A stretch of DNA of 49,116 nt from Candidatus Bathyarchaeota archaeon (GTDB lineage Archaea > Thermoproteota > Bathyarchaeia > TCS64 > B23): the NCBI GenBank assembly GCA_029259285.1, contig JAPDJB010000010.1:1-49116 (forward strand), given 5' to 3'. Below are positions 19,628-28,318 of this stretch, piece by piece. The position numbers and the translations under genes were made by a program. Positions within the stretch are counted from its first letter, which is position 1. Each line of letters opens with the position of its first letter. The notes below the pieces were generated by a model that searched no databases, was not told the DNA's origin, and worked only from the letters and a program-made list of their open reading frames with translations.

Positions 19628-20484
19628 CTCCTCCAGGCTTTCAATAAGGCTCTACGGCTGAGAACTCTCGACATCTCCCTCCTATACCACGCTGAGGCCC
19701 TGACATCGTCGATGGGTCTAACCAGCCTGCCGCAGAGGGCTGAAACCTCCTCGATAAGCTCCTCGCTCAGCTCCTTACCCATCAGCCTCTCCTCAGCCTC
19801 CCCCATCCTTAGAGGCCTATCCGCCACGGCTCCCAGGGCGAGTCTCGCCACCCTACAGGTCTCGTCCTCCACCTCGATGTAGGCCGCCGCATTTACCAGG
19901 GCCAGGGTTACAGCCCTCCTACGTCCAATCTTCTCGAAGGCCGATCCAGCGCCCTGAGGCGGAGTCTTAAATCTCACCTCGGTTAGGAGTTCATCCTCGG
20001 CTAGGCTGTTCACCTTAGGCCCTGCGAAGACCTCTCCGATGGGGATCCATCTCCTCTCGTCTAGCGACCTGATCTCAGCCTCAGCCTCTAAGGCGAGGAG
20101 AGGCGGCCCGAGATCGGCTGCTGGAGATGCGTTACAGAGGTTGCCGCCTATGGTGCCTCTATTCCTTATCTGGGGGCTTCCCATGGAGGCGGCTGCCTCC
20201 CAGAGCGCCGGAGCCTTCGAGGCTATGAGTTCTGATGCCACTAGGTCGCTGAGGGTTGTGGTCGCCCCGATTCTGATGTAGCCCTCCTCCTCCCTGATGA
20301 AGTTCAGCTCTCCTATATGGCTGAGGTCTATGAGATGCTTGACATCGACCTCCACCTCCCTCATCAGCGGTATCAGATCGGTTCCACCGGCTATCGGCTT
20401 AGCCTTCTCCAGAGTCGCTAGGAGTTCCAACGCCTTCTCAAGGCTTTCGGGTCTGTGAACCCTGAATCTCGGCAGAGGCCTCAT
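19615..20484 (-). CDS. FAD-binding medium subunit, copy 2
   Basis: 289 aa. IAGGTDLIPLMR and [14 protein letters not shown] are present. Confidence 0.9.
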   Translation of the reverse strand: MRPLPRFRVHRPESLEKALELLATLEKAKPIAGGTDLIPLMREVEVDVKHLIDLSHIGELNFIREEEGYIRIGATTTLSDLVASELIASKAPALWEAAASMGSPQIRNRGTIGGNLCNASPAADLGPPLLALEAEAEIRSLDERRWIPIGEVFAGPKVNSLAEDELLTEVRFKTPPQGAGSAFEKIGRRRAVTLALVNAAAYIEVEDETCRVARLALGAVADRPLRMGEAEERLMGKELSEELIEEVSALCGRLVRPIDDVRASAWYRREMSRVLSRRALLKAWRRCAT

Positions 20485-22799
20485 GGCTTCTCCCCCCTAA
20501 GCGCCCTGTAGAGTCTCTCAGCCGTTATTGGAAGCGTCCTAAATCTTATGCCCGTGGCGTGGTAGACGGCGTTGGCTATGGCTGAGACTATGGAGATGAT
20601 CGCCGGCTCCCCAACGCCTTTAGCTCCGAAGGCTGAGTGTCTATAGGGCTTCTCAACGATGATTACGTCTGAGACCCTCGGCATATCCATGGATGAGGGG
20701 ATTACATAATCCTTGAAGTTCGGATTCAGAACCCGCCCCTCCTCCACGATGAGGTTCTCCGTCAATGCGAAGCCTAGGCCCTGGGCTATGGCGCCGTGGA
20801 TCTGCCCCTCGATCAACAGCGGATCTATGGCTCTGCCCACATCCATCGAGGGCCAGACCTCGACGACTTTAACCTCCCCCGTCTCTGGGTTGACCTCCAC
20901 CTCTGCGACGGTGGCTGCGAAGGTGTAGACGGGATAGGCCACTCCAAGCCCCGTCTCTGGGTCGAAGTATCTTCGGGGTGGAGCATAGAATCCATAGGCC
21001 GCCGGCGACACTCCCCGAATATACATCTCCCTCGCCAGCTCCCTGAAGCTGACGCTGTTCTCCGGTCTACGCCTGTCATAGGCCCTTCCATCCTTAAGCT
21101 CCACATCCCCCTCGTCGCAGCCCAGCATCTCCGAGGCCACCTTAACCATACGGCCCCTCAACCTCAACGCCGCATCGGCGGCCGCTGAGCCTCCGAGCAT
21201 GAGGCCCCTGCTCCCATGGGTTGGCCTCGCGTTAGGCGTCGAATCGGTGTCTGGCCCCTCAACCCTTATGGATTCGAGGGGGGCGCCGAGTATCTCGGCG
21301 ACGATCTTCGCATGGCCAAACTGTGATCCCTGCCCGAGTTCGCAGATGCCGGTTCTATAGGTGAAGGTTCCATCCTCGTTGAGGATGAGGGAGGCGGCCG
21401 ACCAGTCTGGGGCGCCTCTGCTGGTGCTTATTCCATGATGGGCGCAGGCCACCCCCAACCCCCTCAGCTTCCCTTCAATCCTCTTCACCTCTCCTCGTCT
21501 ATTCCACCAATCTGAGGCCTCCGCCACCCCTCTGAGACACTCCTCTATGCCGACGGAGTGATCTAGAAGCTGATTCGTTGTAGTCCTGGAGCCTGGCCTC
21601 AGGACGTTCCTCAGCCTGAACTCCAGGGGGTCGAGGCCCAGCTTCTCGGCTAGCATATCCATCTGAGACTCAACGGCGAAGTGCATCGCCACATCGCCGA
21701 ATCCCCTGAAGCTCCCTCCAAAGACCTTATTCGTGTAGACAGCCCTCCCATCGACGTGAACCGCCTCAACCTCGTAGGGGCCTGCGGCGTGCGCCGTCAT
21801 CCTCCAGAGCCAGAAGGGCGCCCTATTGGCGTAGGCTCCACAGTCGACGGTGATGTCGACCTCGGCAGCCGTCATCCTCCCCTCCGCGTCGGCTCCAGAC
21901 CTATACCTGATCCTAGCTGGATAACGCTTGACCGAGTAGGCCGCCGACTCATCTCGATCGAGGATGAGGGCCGCTGGCCTCCCCAGTTTCACCGCTGCGA
22001 GGGCTGCCTTGGCGCAGACCAGCGGCCCCATGTCGTCTTTCCCCCCGAAGGCGCCTCCGGTCAGGGCCTGGATGACCCTCACCTGGTTTAGGTTCCAGCC
22101 GAGGATCCCAGCCACCTTCTCCCTCACGAGGAAGGGGCTCTGCATCGTCCCGATGACCGTCACCTTATCGTGGCCCTCGGGTATGGCGTAGGCAGCCTCG
22201 GGTTCGATGTACATATGCTCCTGATAGGGGGTTTCATAGGTGTCCTCGACTATGGCCTCGGCCTTTGAGAATCCCTCCTCTATGTCTCCCTTCCTCACCC
22301 TAGTGGTGACGGCGATGTTGTCTTCGCCGCCGTGGATCCTCGGCGCATCCTCGCTCAGGGCCTCATCTATGGTGTAGACCGCCTGTAGCTCCTCATAGTC
22401 GATCTCCACGGCCTCAACGCCCTTGAAGGCTGCCTCCTCGTTCTCGGCGCAGACCAATGCTATTGGGTCGCCGACGTAGTGAACCTTAACATCGTTGAGA
22501 AACGGCTGATCTGGTAGCGCATACCCGATCTGGTTCTCGCCTGGTATGTCTCCCGCCGTGAGGACTGCGACGACACCTGGAATCTTCAAGGCCTCATCGA
22601 TGTTGATGCCTTTGATGAGGGCGTGGGGGAGGCTGCTCCTGACAACCTTGACCACGAGGGCGTCCCTCTCAACGTAGTCTGCCGTGAACTTCGCCCTCCC
22701 AAGAGCCTTATCGAGGGCGTCGAAGCGTCTTACACCCCTTCCGATGACTATGAACTCCCCCCTCTCGGCAAGCTCCTCTAAAATCTCCTCAGCCTCCAT
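20481..22799 (-). CDS. molybdopterin-binding large subunit of an XDH/aldehyde-oxidoreductase-family enzyme, copy 2
   Basis: 772 aa. GGSFRGFG and GAKGVGEPAI are present, and there is no CO dehydrogenase signature loop. Confidence 0.9.
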   Translation of the reverse strand: MEAEEILEELAERGEFIVIGRGVRRFDALDKALGRAKFTADYVERDALVVKVVRSSLPHALIKGINIDEALKIPGVVAVLTAGDIPGENQIGYALPDQPFLNDVKVHYVGDPIALVCAENEEAAFKGVEAVEIDYEELQAVYTIDEALSEDAPRIHGGEDNIAVTTRVRKGDIEEGFSKAEAIVEDTYETPYQEHMYIEPEAAYAIPEGHDKVTVIGTMQSPFLVREKVAGILGWNLNQVRVIQALTGGAFGGKDDMGPLVCAKAALAAVKLGRPAALILDRDESAAYSVKRYPARIRYRSGADAEGRMTAAEVDITVDCGAYANRAPFWLWRMTAHAAGPYEVEAVHVDGRAVYTNKVFGGSFRGFGDVAMHFAVESQMDMLAEKLGLDPLEFRLRNVLRPGSRTTTNQLLDHSVGIEECLRGVAEASDWWNRRGEVKRIEGKLRGLGVACAHHGISTSRGAPDWSAASLILNEDGTFTYRTGICELGQGSQFGHAKIVAEILGAPLESIRVEGPDTDSTPNARPTHGSRGLMLGGSAAADAALRLRGRMVKVASEMLGCDEGDVELKDGRAYDRRRPENSVSFRELAREMYIRGVSPAAYGFYAPPRRYFDPETGLGVAYPVYTFAATVAEVEVNPETGEVKVVEVWPSMDVGRAIDPLLIEGQIHGAIAQGLGFALTENLIVEEGRVLNPNFKDYVIPSSMDMPRVSDVIIVEKPYRHSAFGAKGVGEPAIISIVSAIANAVYHATGIRFRTLPITAERLYRALRGEKP

Positions 22800-22834
22800 C
22801 CTCCGTGATAGTGGGTTTCTCTCTATTTATCCTT

Positions 22835-23257
22835 TCACGCCTCGGGGATCACCTCTATGTCGCCATCCTTGAAGATGAGGATTTTCAATGGCTTTATGGT
22901 TTTGACGCCCCTGACGCAGCTTCCGGCTTTGAATCTTATCTCGTCGTATATCCTGGTGAAGTTGGCCCTCAGCTTAACACCCGCCTCATCGGCGGCGTCG
23001 ATGACCATTCTGGGGATGTCGACGAGATGTGTCTCGGGTGGAACCTCAACCGAGGAGGCGGCCACCAGCTCCCTATAGGCCTTCAAGGTCTCCTCAGCCA
23101 GCCTCAGATTCCTCTTAGCCCTCCGCTCTATTATGGAGATATTCTGCCTCGTCGTCCCAAGCCTCCTCGCCACCTCCTCCTGCGACAGGCCCTGAAGTCT
23201 AAGCCTCAAAACCTTGAGCTGACTCTCCGTCAGCAATCCGATCCTACGTCTAACCAT
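22835..23257 (-). CDS. tfx: Tfx-family DNA-binding transcriptional regulator
   Basis: 140 aa. LTESQLKVLRLRLQGLSQEEVARRLGTTRQNISIIERRAKRNL is a sigma-r4/LuxR-type HTH. The remainder is the Tfx C-terminal domain. Confidence 0.7.
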   Translation of the reverse strand: MVRRRIGLLTESQLKVLRLRLQGLSQEEVARRLGTTRQNISIIERRAKRNLRLAEETLKAYRELVAASSVEVPPETHLVDIPRMVIDAADEAGVKLRANFTRIYDEIRFKAGSCVRGVKTIKPLKILIFKDGDIEVIPEA

Positions 23258-23380
23258 CGTCGTGATCTACGCTTAGATATGTAAAACGATGTCGGTTTCC
23301 TGATGAAATCATATATGTTTGCAATATTCCCATAAATTTATAAAATGTAAACTAAATGTGTTCACAATCGAGGCATCTAT

Positions 23381-23923
23381 ATGAGGCGTGACTCCAGGGC
23401 CATCGCCCTCCTCGCGGTCTTGACGGCCCTACCAACAGCCCTTGGATACGTCCTAGGCCCATTAACTCACAGTCTCAACGCCATCTTAAGCCTCATTCCC
23501 TTCAATCCCGTTAGATTCTACTTAGGCTTCATGCCCCTCCTCATCTCGACTGTGCTGGCTAGGGCCTACCTCGGCAGGGGTGGAGCCATAGTTGAGGGGC
23601 TTCTACTCGCGATTACAGGCGTCCTCCTCCATCCAACTAAGCCGATCCCGATAATCCTATCGAAGGACATCCTCCTAGGCCTCGGCGTCGAGTTCTCACT
23701 CATCAGATCAAGCGATCTGAGGCTTATCCCCCTCCTCTCATCCAGCCTCCTAGGAGGATTAGGCCACTGCCTCCCATTCCTCCTCTTCACCTATCTTCGC
23801 CTAGGGTTTTTCTCCTCCTCCCTCTGGTTCGTCCCGAATATGCTTCTATCAGCCCTAATCGGAGGATATATCACGTATCTGATCCTGAGGAGGCTTCCAG
23901 CGGAGTCTTCCCTAAGAGCATAG
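23381..23923 (+). CDS. hypothetical polytopic membrane protein
   Basis: 180 aa with about 5 hydrophobic segments. No family recognised. Confidence 0.45.
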   Translation: MRRDSRAIALLAVLTALPTALGYVLGPLTHSLNAILSLIPFNPVRFYLGFMPLLISTVLARAYLGRGGAIVEGLLLAITGVLLHPTKPIPIILSKDILLGLGVEFSLIRSSDLRLIPLLSSSLLGGLGHCLPFLLFTYLRLGFFSSSLWFVPNMLLSALIGGYITYLILRRLPAESSLRA

Positions 23924-24484
23924 GGCGAGAAACCTTAGAATCCCATCAACTTCATGGGGTCTATGCATCAAAACCCTCTCAGCCCTTCCCCCTAGGAGCT
24001 TTAAAACCCTCTCCATCAGCTCTCCCCTACAGGTGTATATGGCTGCTCCCCCCCTCTTAAGCTCCTCAGCCACAGCCATAGCACCCCTATACAGCCCCCT
24101 CCTCATGGCTTCAACCCTCCCGAACTCATCGATGAATACGACGGCTCCCCCACACATCTCTCCAGCCGCCTCCTCCAGGATTTCATTCCCCCATCTGAAG
24201 GCTTCCGGCGAGAAGATGTAGTGGAGGCTCCCACAGCTGAGCCAGCCTCCCCCAGCCCTCTCGGGGACTCTGCATAGGGGGCGTCTCTCCATCGTTGAGG
24301 TGTTCAGTAGATCATAGCCGATGAGTTTCCCCTCCTCATAGACTCTCGGCGAGATGAGGCCTAGGACTTTAAGACCCTGATCTCTGATCTCCTTGGCTAA
24401 TCTGAGGCAGGTGGTGGTCTTCCCGCTTCCTATTGGGCCATATATTATGATGGCCCTCCCCCCTGGGCTGTCTCCCCTATCCAT
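23912..24484 (-). CDS. P-loop NTPase (THEP1/DUF2478-like)
   Basis: 190 aa. Walker A is GPIGSGKTT and Walker B-like is VVFIDEFG. Size and layout resemble THEP1-type nucleoside triphosphatases. Confidence 0.6.
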   Translation of the reverse strand: MDRGDSPGGRAIIIYGPIGSGKTTTCLRLAKEIRDQGLKVLGLISPRVYEEGKLIGYDLLNTSTMERRPLCRVPERAGGGWLSCGSLHYIFSPEAFRWGNEILEEAAGEMCGGAVVFIDEFGRVEAMRRGLYRGAMAVAEELKRGGAAIYTCRGELMERVLKLLGGRAERVLMHRPHEVDGILRFLALCS

Positions 24485-24516
24485 CTTTAATATGAGAGCG
24501 GGGTAGAGGTATAGCT

Positions 24517-25714
24517 GTGATGGAGGCCCTTAAGGGGCTGTCGCTGGAGGGGAATCTCCGAGTCCTCGCCCTCCAGACGATTCTCTCCCAGCTTGGCTTC
24601 GGCATGTTCTACGTCGTCTGGCAGCCCTATCTATTGTCGATGGGTATCCATCATCGAGTTGGGTTTGGCTCAGACCGTGATAAATCTCAGCTCCGCGGCT
24701 GGCTCCCTCCTCTGGGGCCTCCTCTCCGATGAGTTTGGGCGTAAATCCATCGTTGAGGCCTCATATCTATGCCGAGTTCTCTCCATGTTAGCCCTCCTCT
24801 CCTCCCATAATCCCCTATTCCTCTACCTCTTCGCCTTCCTCCTAGGATTCTCAGCCTACTATATGCAGGGGAATCCCGCTAGGAGCGCCTTGATCTCCGA
24901 GTCCGTGGAGAGGGGGCGAAGGGCGATGGCCATCAGCATCCTCCTATCCATCTCCCTCGCCACCTCAACGGTGGCCGCCTCAGCTGGAGGCTATATAGCC
25001 CTCAGAATCGGCTATCACATCATCTTCCATCTCTGCATCCTCTGCGACCTCCTCAGCATCCTCCTCATCTCCCTCTTCGTGGAGGAGACCCTGAGAGCTG
25101 AGCGGCGGGATGGACGTTGGATCAGCCGCCTAGGCGGCCGCCTTAAACCCCTCGGGGAGTTGACGCCGCTATACCTCATCGTCACCCTACAGGGGTTAGG
25201 CTACACAGCCGGTTATTCACTCCTCTACGGCCTCCTCGTCGATCACTATGGCTTCACAACCCTTCAGCTAGGCATGTTATCAACGGCCTTCAACATCGCC
25301 TGGGCCCTCTCATCGATTCCCATGGGGCATCTCTCAGATCGTCTAGGACGTAAGCCGCTTCTCCTCTCCTCCTGGGCGGCAGCCCTCACAACGGCTTTTG
25401 GCTTCATATACTCCAGGGGGTTCTGGGGCTTCCTCCTCTTCGAGATCGTCTCCGGCTTCGACCCCTCCATGTGGACGCCCGCATGGATCGCCTATATATC
25501 CGAGAAGACTAGTTCAGACACCCTCTCCTCAGCCCTTGGGAGCCTCACATCCTACTTCAGGATGGCTGGAATACCCGCCCCCTACATCGCATCGCTGCTA
25601 TACTCCAACTATGGCTTCAAGGCGCCGCTGATTCTCCACGCTATCCTATTGACGCTCACCCTGCCCCTACTGCTCAGCCTAGAGGAGCCGCCGCGTAATC
25701 CTCCCAAAACCTAG
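24517..25714 (+). pseudogene. MFS transporter with one reading-frame break near 24640-24650 (true frameshift or base-call error)
   Basis: The first TM segment is encoded in one frame (24517.., ...GFGMFYVVWQPYLLSMG). The rest is in the +1 frame (..VSIIELGLAQTVINLSSAAGSLLWGLLSDEFGRK.. to 25714). The two peptides join into a continuous MFS N-terminus at the atgggta G-run. Confidence 0.65.
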
Positions 25715-25848
25715 TTATTATCTAAAAATTTTGAGACATTTTAACAGTGAAGACGCAAATCAACCCCACCTCAACCCAATTCAAATCTAAATAATGCCTC
25801 AGCCATGTAACACAATCATAATATACTTCCAAAGCACCCATAATGAAT

Positions 25849-25989
25849 TGCCCAAGCAGGGGAGCACGCCGAGAATACATGCATCGAGGCGATGAGTCCA
25901 TCGGTCGAAACGGCTGAAGACCGGTGGGCGCCAAAGACATCGCCCCGATGGGCCGGACATGTATTCAAGGCTTAGACCCTGCTTGGGCA
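25849..25989. repeat. 141-nt imperfect palindrome / highly structured element (candidate ncRNA or MITE-like element)
   Basis: Perfect 13-bp terminal pairing: tgcccaagcaggg (25849-25861) with ccctgcttgggca (25977-25989). Nested perfect 9-bp pairing: gaatacatg (25873-25881) with catgtattc (25958-25966). Nested 7-bp pairing: ggcgatg (25888-25894) with catcgcc (25938-25944). Apical 9-bp hairpin: 25898-25906 with 25919-25927. Confidence 0.5.
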
Positions 25990-26359
25990 TTCTTCATTTT
26001 GGAGACCCTCCATCATCAAGCGTCCTCATACTCCCTTGGTAGATATCTCACCATGCCCAGTCCCGCCGTTCTCCCGCTGTGGGGTGCCCTTAACCACTAA
26101 GAAGCTTAGGGCCTCTCAATTCTCTCTATGAGATTCGATAGACGACGACTCACCTAGAGAACTGAAAGGAGGAAAGCTGAGTTCAGCAGGCATCTCATGG
26201 CTGAAATTTGAAAATTGAAAGTATAACAACGTTATAATTTTTTCAACATGTTAATGGAACCATTAACGATATCAGCTTCAGTCCAAACCATTCACAACAT
26301 AGACTAACCCACAAAACGAAGATGAAAACTCCCCTCTAAAAGCCCATAGAGAGCATAGA

Positions 26360-26436
26360 TGGTGGGGTCGGCCGGATTTGAACCGGCGACCACGTGGGCC
26401 CGAGCCACGCATCCCACCTAGCTGGACCACGACCCC
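26360..26436 (-). tRNA. tRNA-Pro (anticodon CGG), no intron, CCA encoded
   Basis: The minus strand reads GGGGUCGUGGUCCAGCUAGGUGGGAUGCGUGGCUCGGGCCCACGUGGUCGCCGGUUCAAAUCCGGCCGACCCCACCA. The acceptor stem is 7 bp (GGGGUCG/CGACCCC). The anticodon stem is CGUGG/CCACG with loop CU-CGG-GC. The T arm is GCCGG-UUCAAAU-CCGGC. Confidence 0.9.
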
Positions 26437-26465
26437 AGCAGCGTCTAAAACTCTAAAGGCCTCCC

Positions 26466-26473
26466 TTAAATTT
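26466..26473 (-). promoter_or_regulatory. TATA-like box (AAATTTAA) about 30 nt upstream of the tRNA-Pro 5' end
   Basis: The plus strand reads ttaaattt at 26466-26473, between the phoU stop (26475) and the tRNA. Confidence 0.4.
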
Positions 26474-26474
26474 C

Positions 26475-27500
26475 TTAATCCTTAATCTCCTCTCCGATCG
26501 TTAGGTTTAGGACTATCTCAGCTATGTCGCTCCCATATTCCGCCGTTCGCCTTATGCTCTCTATGATGAGTCTGAGGGCGGGGACATCCTCTGTGGGGGC
26601 ATGCTTTATGACCTTTTGAACCACCCCCGCCTCCATTTGACGCGTCTCCTCCGCCTTCTCGAAGACCCCATCGGCTGAGGCGTAATCCCCTTTGAAGAGG
26701 GCCTCTATGGCTTCCTCGAAGACCCTGAGCGCTGAGTCGCTCATAGCCTTTATCTCCCCCAGAAGCTCCCTGCTGAGATTCATGGGGGTCATCGTGAGGC
26801 TATTCTGGGCGATGTTAGCCGCGTGATCAGCCATCCTCTCTATGGACTTCGTGATCAGCCTATAGCCTAGACACTCCCTAGGCGAGGAGAGTCCAATCTC
26901 CCTCAGAACCCTCCCATCCGAGACAGCCATCTTCAACAGCCTTATGATGTAGAGGCCGAAGCGATCCACCTCATCATCCATCTCTATCACCTCCCTAGCC
27001 AGCTCTGGGTCATCATTCATCAACGCCGCAATGGCATCCCTATGCATCGAGGCCGCTATGACACTCATCCTCCTGAGGGCATCCTTCACCGAGAGCTCCC
27101 CATGGCCGACTAGAACCTGCAGCGTCAACTCCTGAGGCAGATCCGATAGAAGCTCGATTCCTAGAAGCTTCTTACGGATGAGGTCCTTGATGGCATATCT
27201 CTGCGTAGTGGCGATCCTCCTCTCAGGATTCCTCACCTGTATGACGTTATAGCCGACGAGGTAGGCTGAGACCACCCTCCTAACCAGGCTCTCAGGCGTC
27301 GTCTCCGATGAGATCTCTATGAGGATCTTCCTCTGACCCGCCTCCTCCTCCCTGAGGGGCTGGATGCAGAGGTTTTTCCCATCCCTATAGATGAGAACCC
27401 TGCTCCCCTTATCGAGGCCTAGATCCTCCACCCAGCGCTTCGGGAGGGAAACTATGTAGGTTGAACCCCCAGTCAGCTGTATTCTCCTTATCTCCTCCAT
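26475..27500 (-). CDS. phoU: phosphate uptake regulator: AbrB/SpoVT-like N-terminal domain fused to PhoU repeats
   Basis: 341 aa. The N-terminus GGSTYIVSLPKRWVEDLGLDKGSRVLI is AbrB-like, followed by two PhoU-like helical repeats. It is the last gene of the pst operon. Confidence 0.85.
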   Translation of the reverse strand: MEEIRRIQLTGGSTYIVSLPKRWVEDLGLDKGSRVLIYRDGKNLCIQPLREEEAGQRKILIEISSETTPESLVRRVVSAYLVGYNVIQVRNPERRIATTQRYAIKDLIRKKLLGIELLSDLPQELTLQVLVGHGELSVKDALRRMSVIAASMHRDAIAALMNDDPELAREVIEMDDEVDRFGLYIIRLLKMAVSDGRVLREIGLSSPRECLGYRLITKSIERMADHAANIAQNSLTMTPMNLSRELLGEIKAMSDSALRVFEEAIEALFKGDYASADGVFEKAEETRQMEAGVVQKVIKHAPTEDVPALRLIIESIRRTAEYGSDIAEIVLNLTIGEEIKD

Positions 27501-27559
27501 CGATATAAAGAGCTAAATAGAGTCATAAAAGGCTATAGAGCTTTAAACCGCTGATGCCC

Positions 27560-28318
27560 TCAGCCGAATCTCCCCTCGATGTAGTTTCTGGTCAGCTCCT
27601 CCCTGGGATTCTCGAAGATCTCCTCCGTCGAAGCCATCTCCACCAATCGACCCATGTAGAGGAAGGCCGTGTAATCTGCGATCCTCTTAGCCTGCTGAAG
27701 GTTGTGGGTGACTATCACCAGTGTGAGGTCATTCTTAAGTCTGGTTAACAGGCTCTCGATCCTGCTGGTTGATATGGGGTCTAGGGATGAGCAGGGCTCG
27801 TCGAGTAGGAGGACATCTGGGCCTACGGCCAGTGCCCTCGCTATGCAGAGCCTCTGCTGCTGACCTATAGATAGGTTGAAGGCTGAGTCTCTGAGCCTCT
27901 CCTTAACCTCGCTCCATAGGCCAGCCCTCTCAAGGGCCTCCTCGACGGCCTCATCTAGGATGGCTCTATCATCTATGCCTCTAACCCTAAGGCCGTAGGC
28001 GACGTTATCGTAGATCGACATGGGTAGGGGGTTGGGCTTTTGGAAGACCATCCCCACACGGCGTCTAAGCTCCGCTGGATCCATGTCGCTGTGATAGATG
28101 TCTCTGCCGTCGAGGAGAACTCTCCCCTCAACCCTCGCCCCCTCGATGAGCTCCACCATCCTGTTGAGAGACTTCAATAGAGTCGTCTTCCCACATCCCG
28201 ACGGCCCTATTATGGCTGTGATACGCCCCTCCGGTATCGCCAGCTTCACATCCTGTAGGACGTGGCTGTCGCCATACCAGACGTTTAGGGAGTTTGTTCG
28301 AATCTTGATCCTCACCAC
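27560..28318 (-). CDS. pstB: phosphate ABC transporter ATP-binding protein PstB
   Basis: 252 aa. Walker A is GPSGCGKTT, the signature is LSIGQQQRL and Walker B is LLLDEP. The N-terminal region is PstB-like. Confidence 0.95.
   Translation of the reverse strand: MVRIKIRTNSLNVWYGDSHVLQDVKLAIPEGRITAIIGPSGCGKTTLLKSLNRMVELIEGARVEGRVLLDGRDIYHSDMDPAELRRRVGMVFQKPNPLPMSIYDNVAYGLRVRGIDDRAILDEAVEEALERAGLWSEVKERLRDSAFNLSIGQQQRLCIARALAVGPDVLLLDEPCSSLDPISTSRIESLLTRLKNDLTLVIVTHNLQQAKRIADYTAFLYMGRLVEMASTEEIFENPREELTRNYIEGRFG

Noticed and set aside
14090-22799. Calling the two three-subunit enzymes aerobic CO dehydrogenases (coxLMS)
   Set aside because: Neither large subunit shows the VAYRCSFR (form I) or AYRGAGR (form II) active-site loop by eye. 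Both carry RGFG-type motifs typical of aldehyde/xanthine-type members. Only the family-level call is kept.
14443-23284. Shadow ORFs within the molybdenum hydroxylase clusters and tfx (e.g. 14483..14791, 15773..16105, 16778..17296, 17280..17570, 18722..19225, 19299..19882, 20796..21188, 21681..22091, 22805..23284)
   Set aside because: All lie opposite to or out of frame with genes that carry clear family motifs. Their translations are low-complexity.
25849-25989. RNase P RNA (minimal type), fluoride riboswitch or C/D box sRNA as the identity of the structured element
   Set aside because: GAGUCC...GGCUUAG loosely recalls the P4 strands of RNase P. However, the required topology crosses the perfect 9-bp helix and the GAGGAAAGUCC core is absent. 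GGCGAUGAG matches the start of crcB-type fluoride riboswitches, but the partner strands and any downstream gene are missing. On the minus strand, UGAUGA and UGAAGA with 12-nt spacers lack CUGA D boxes.
25722-25990. Track ORFs 25722..25940 (-) 72 aa and 25799..25990 (-) 63 aa as genes
   Set aside because: They overlap each other and the palindromic element. They have no recognisable motifs, odd composition (Cys/Trp/Arg-rich) and no start-context support.
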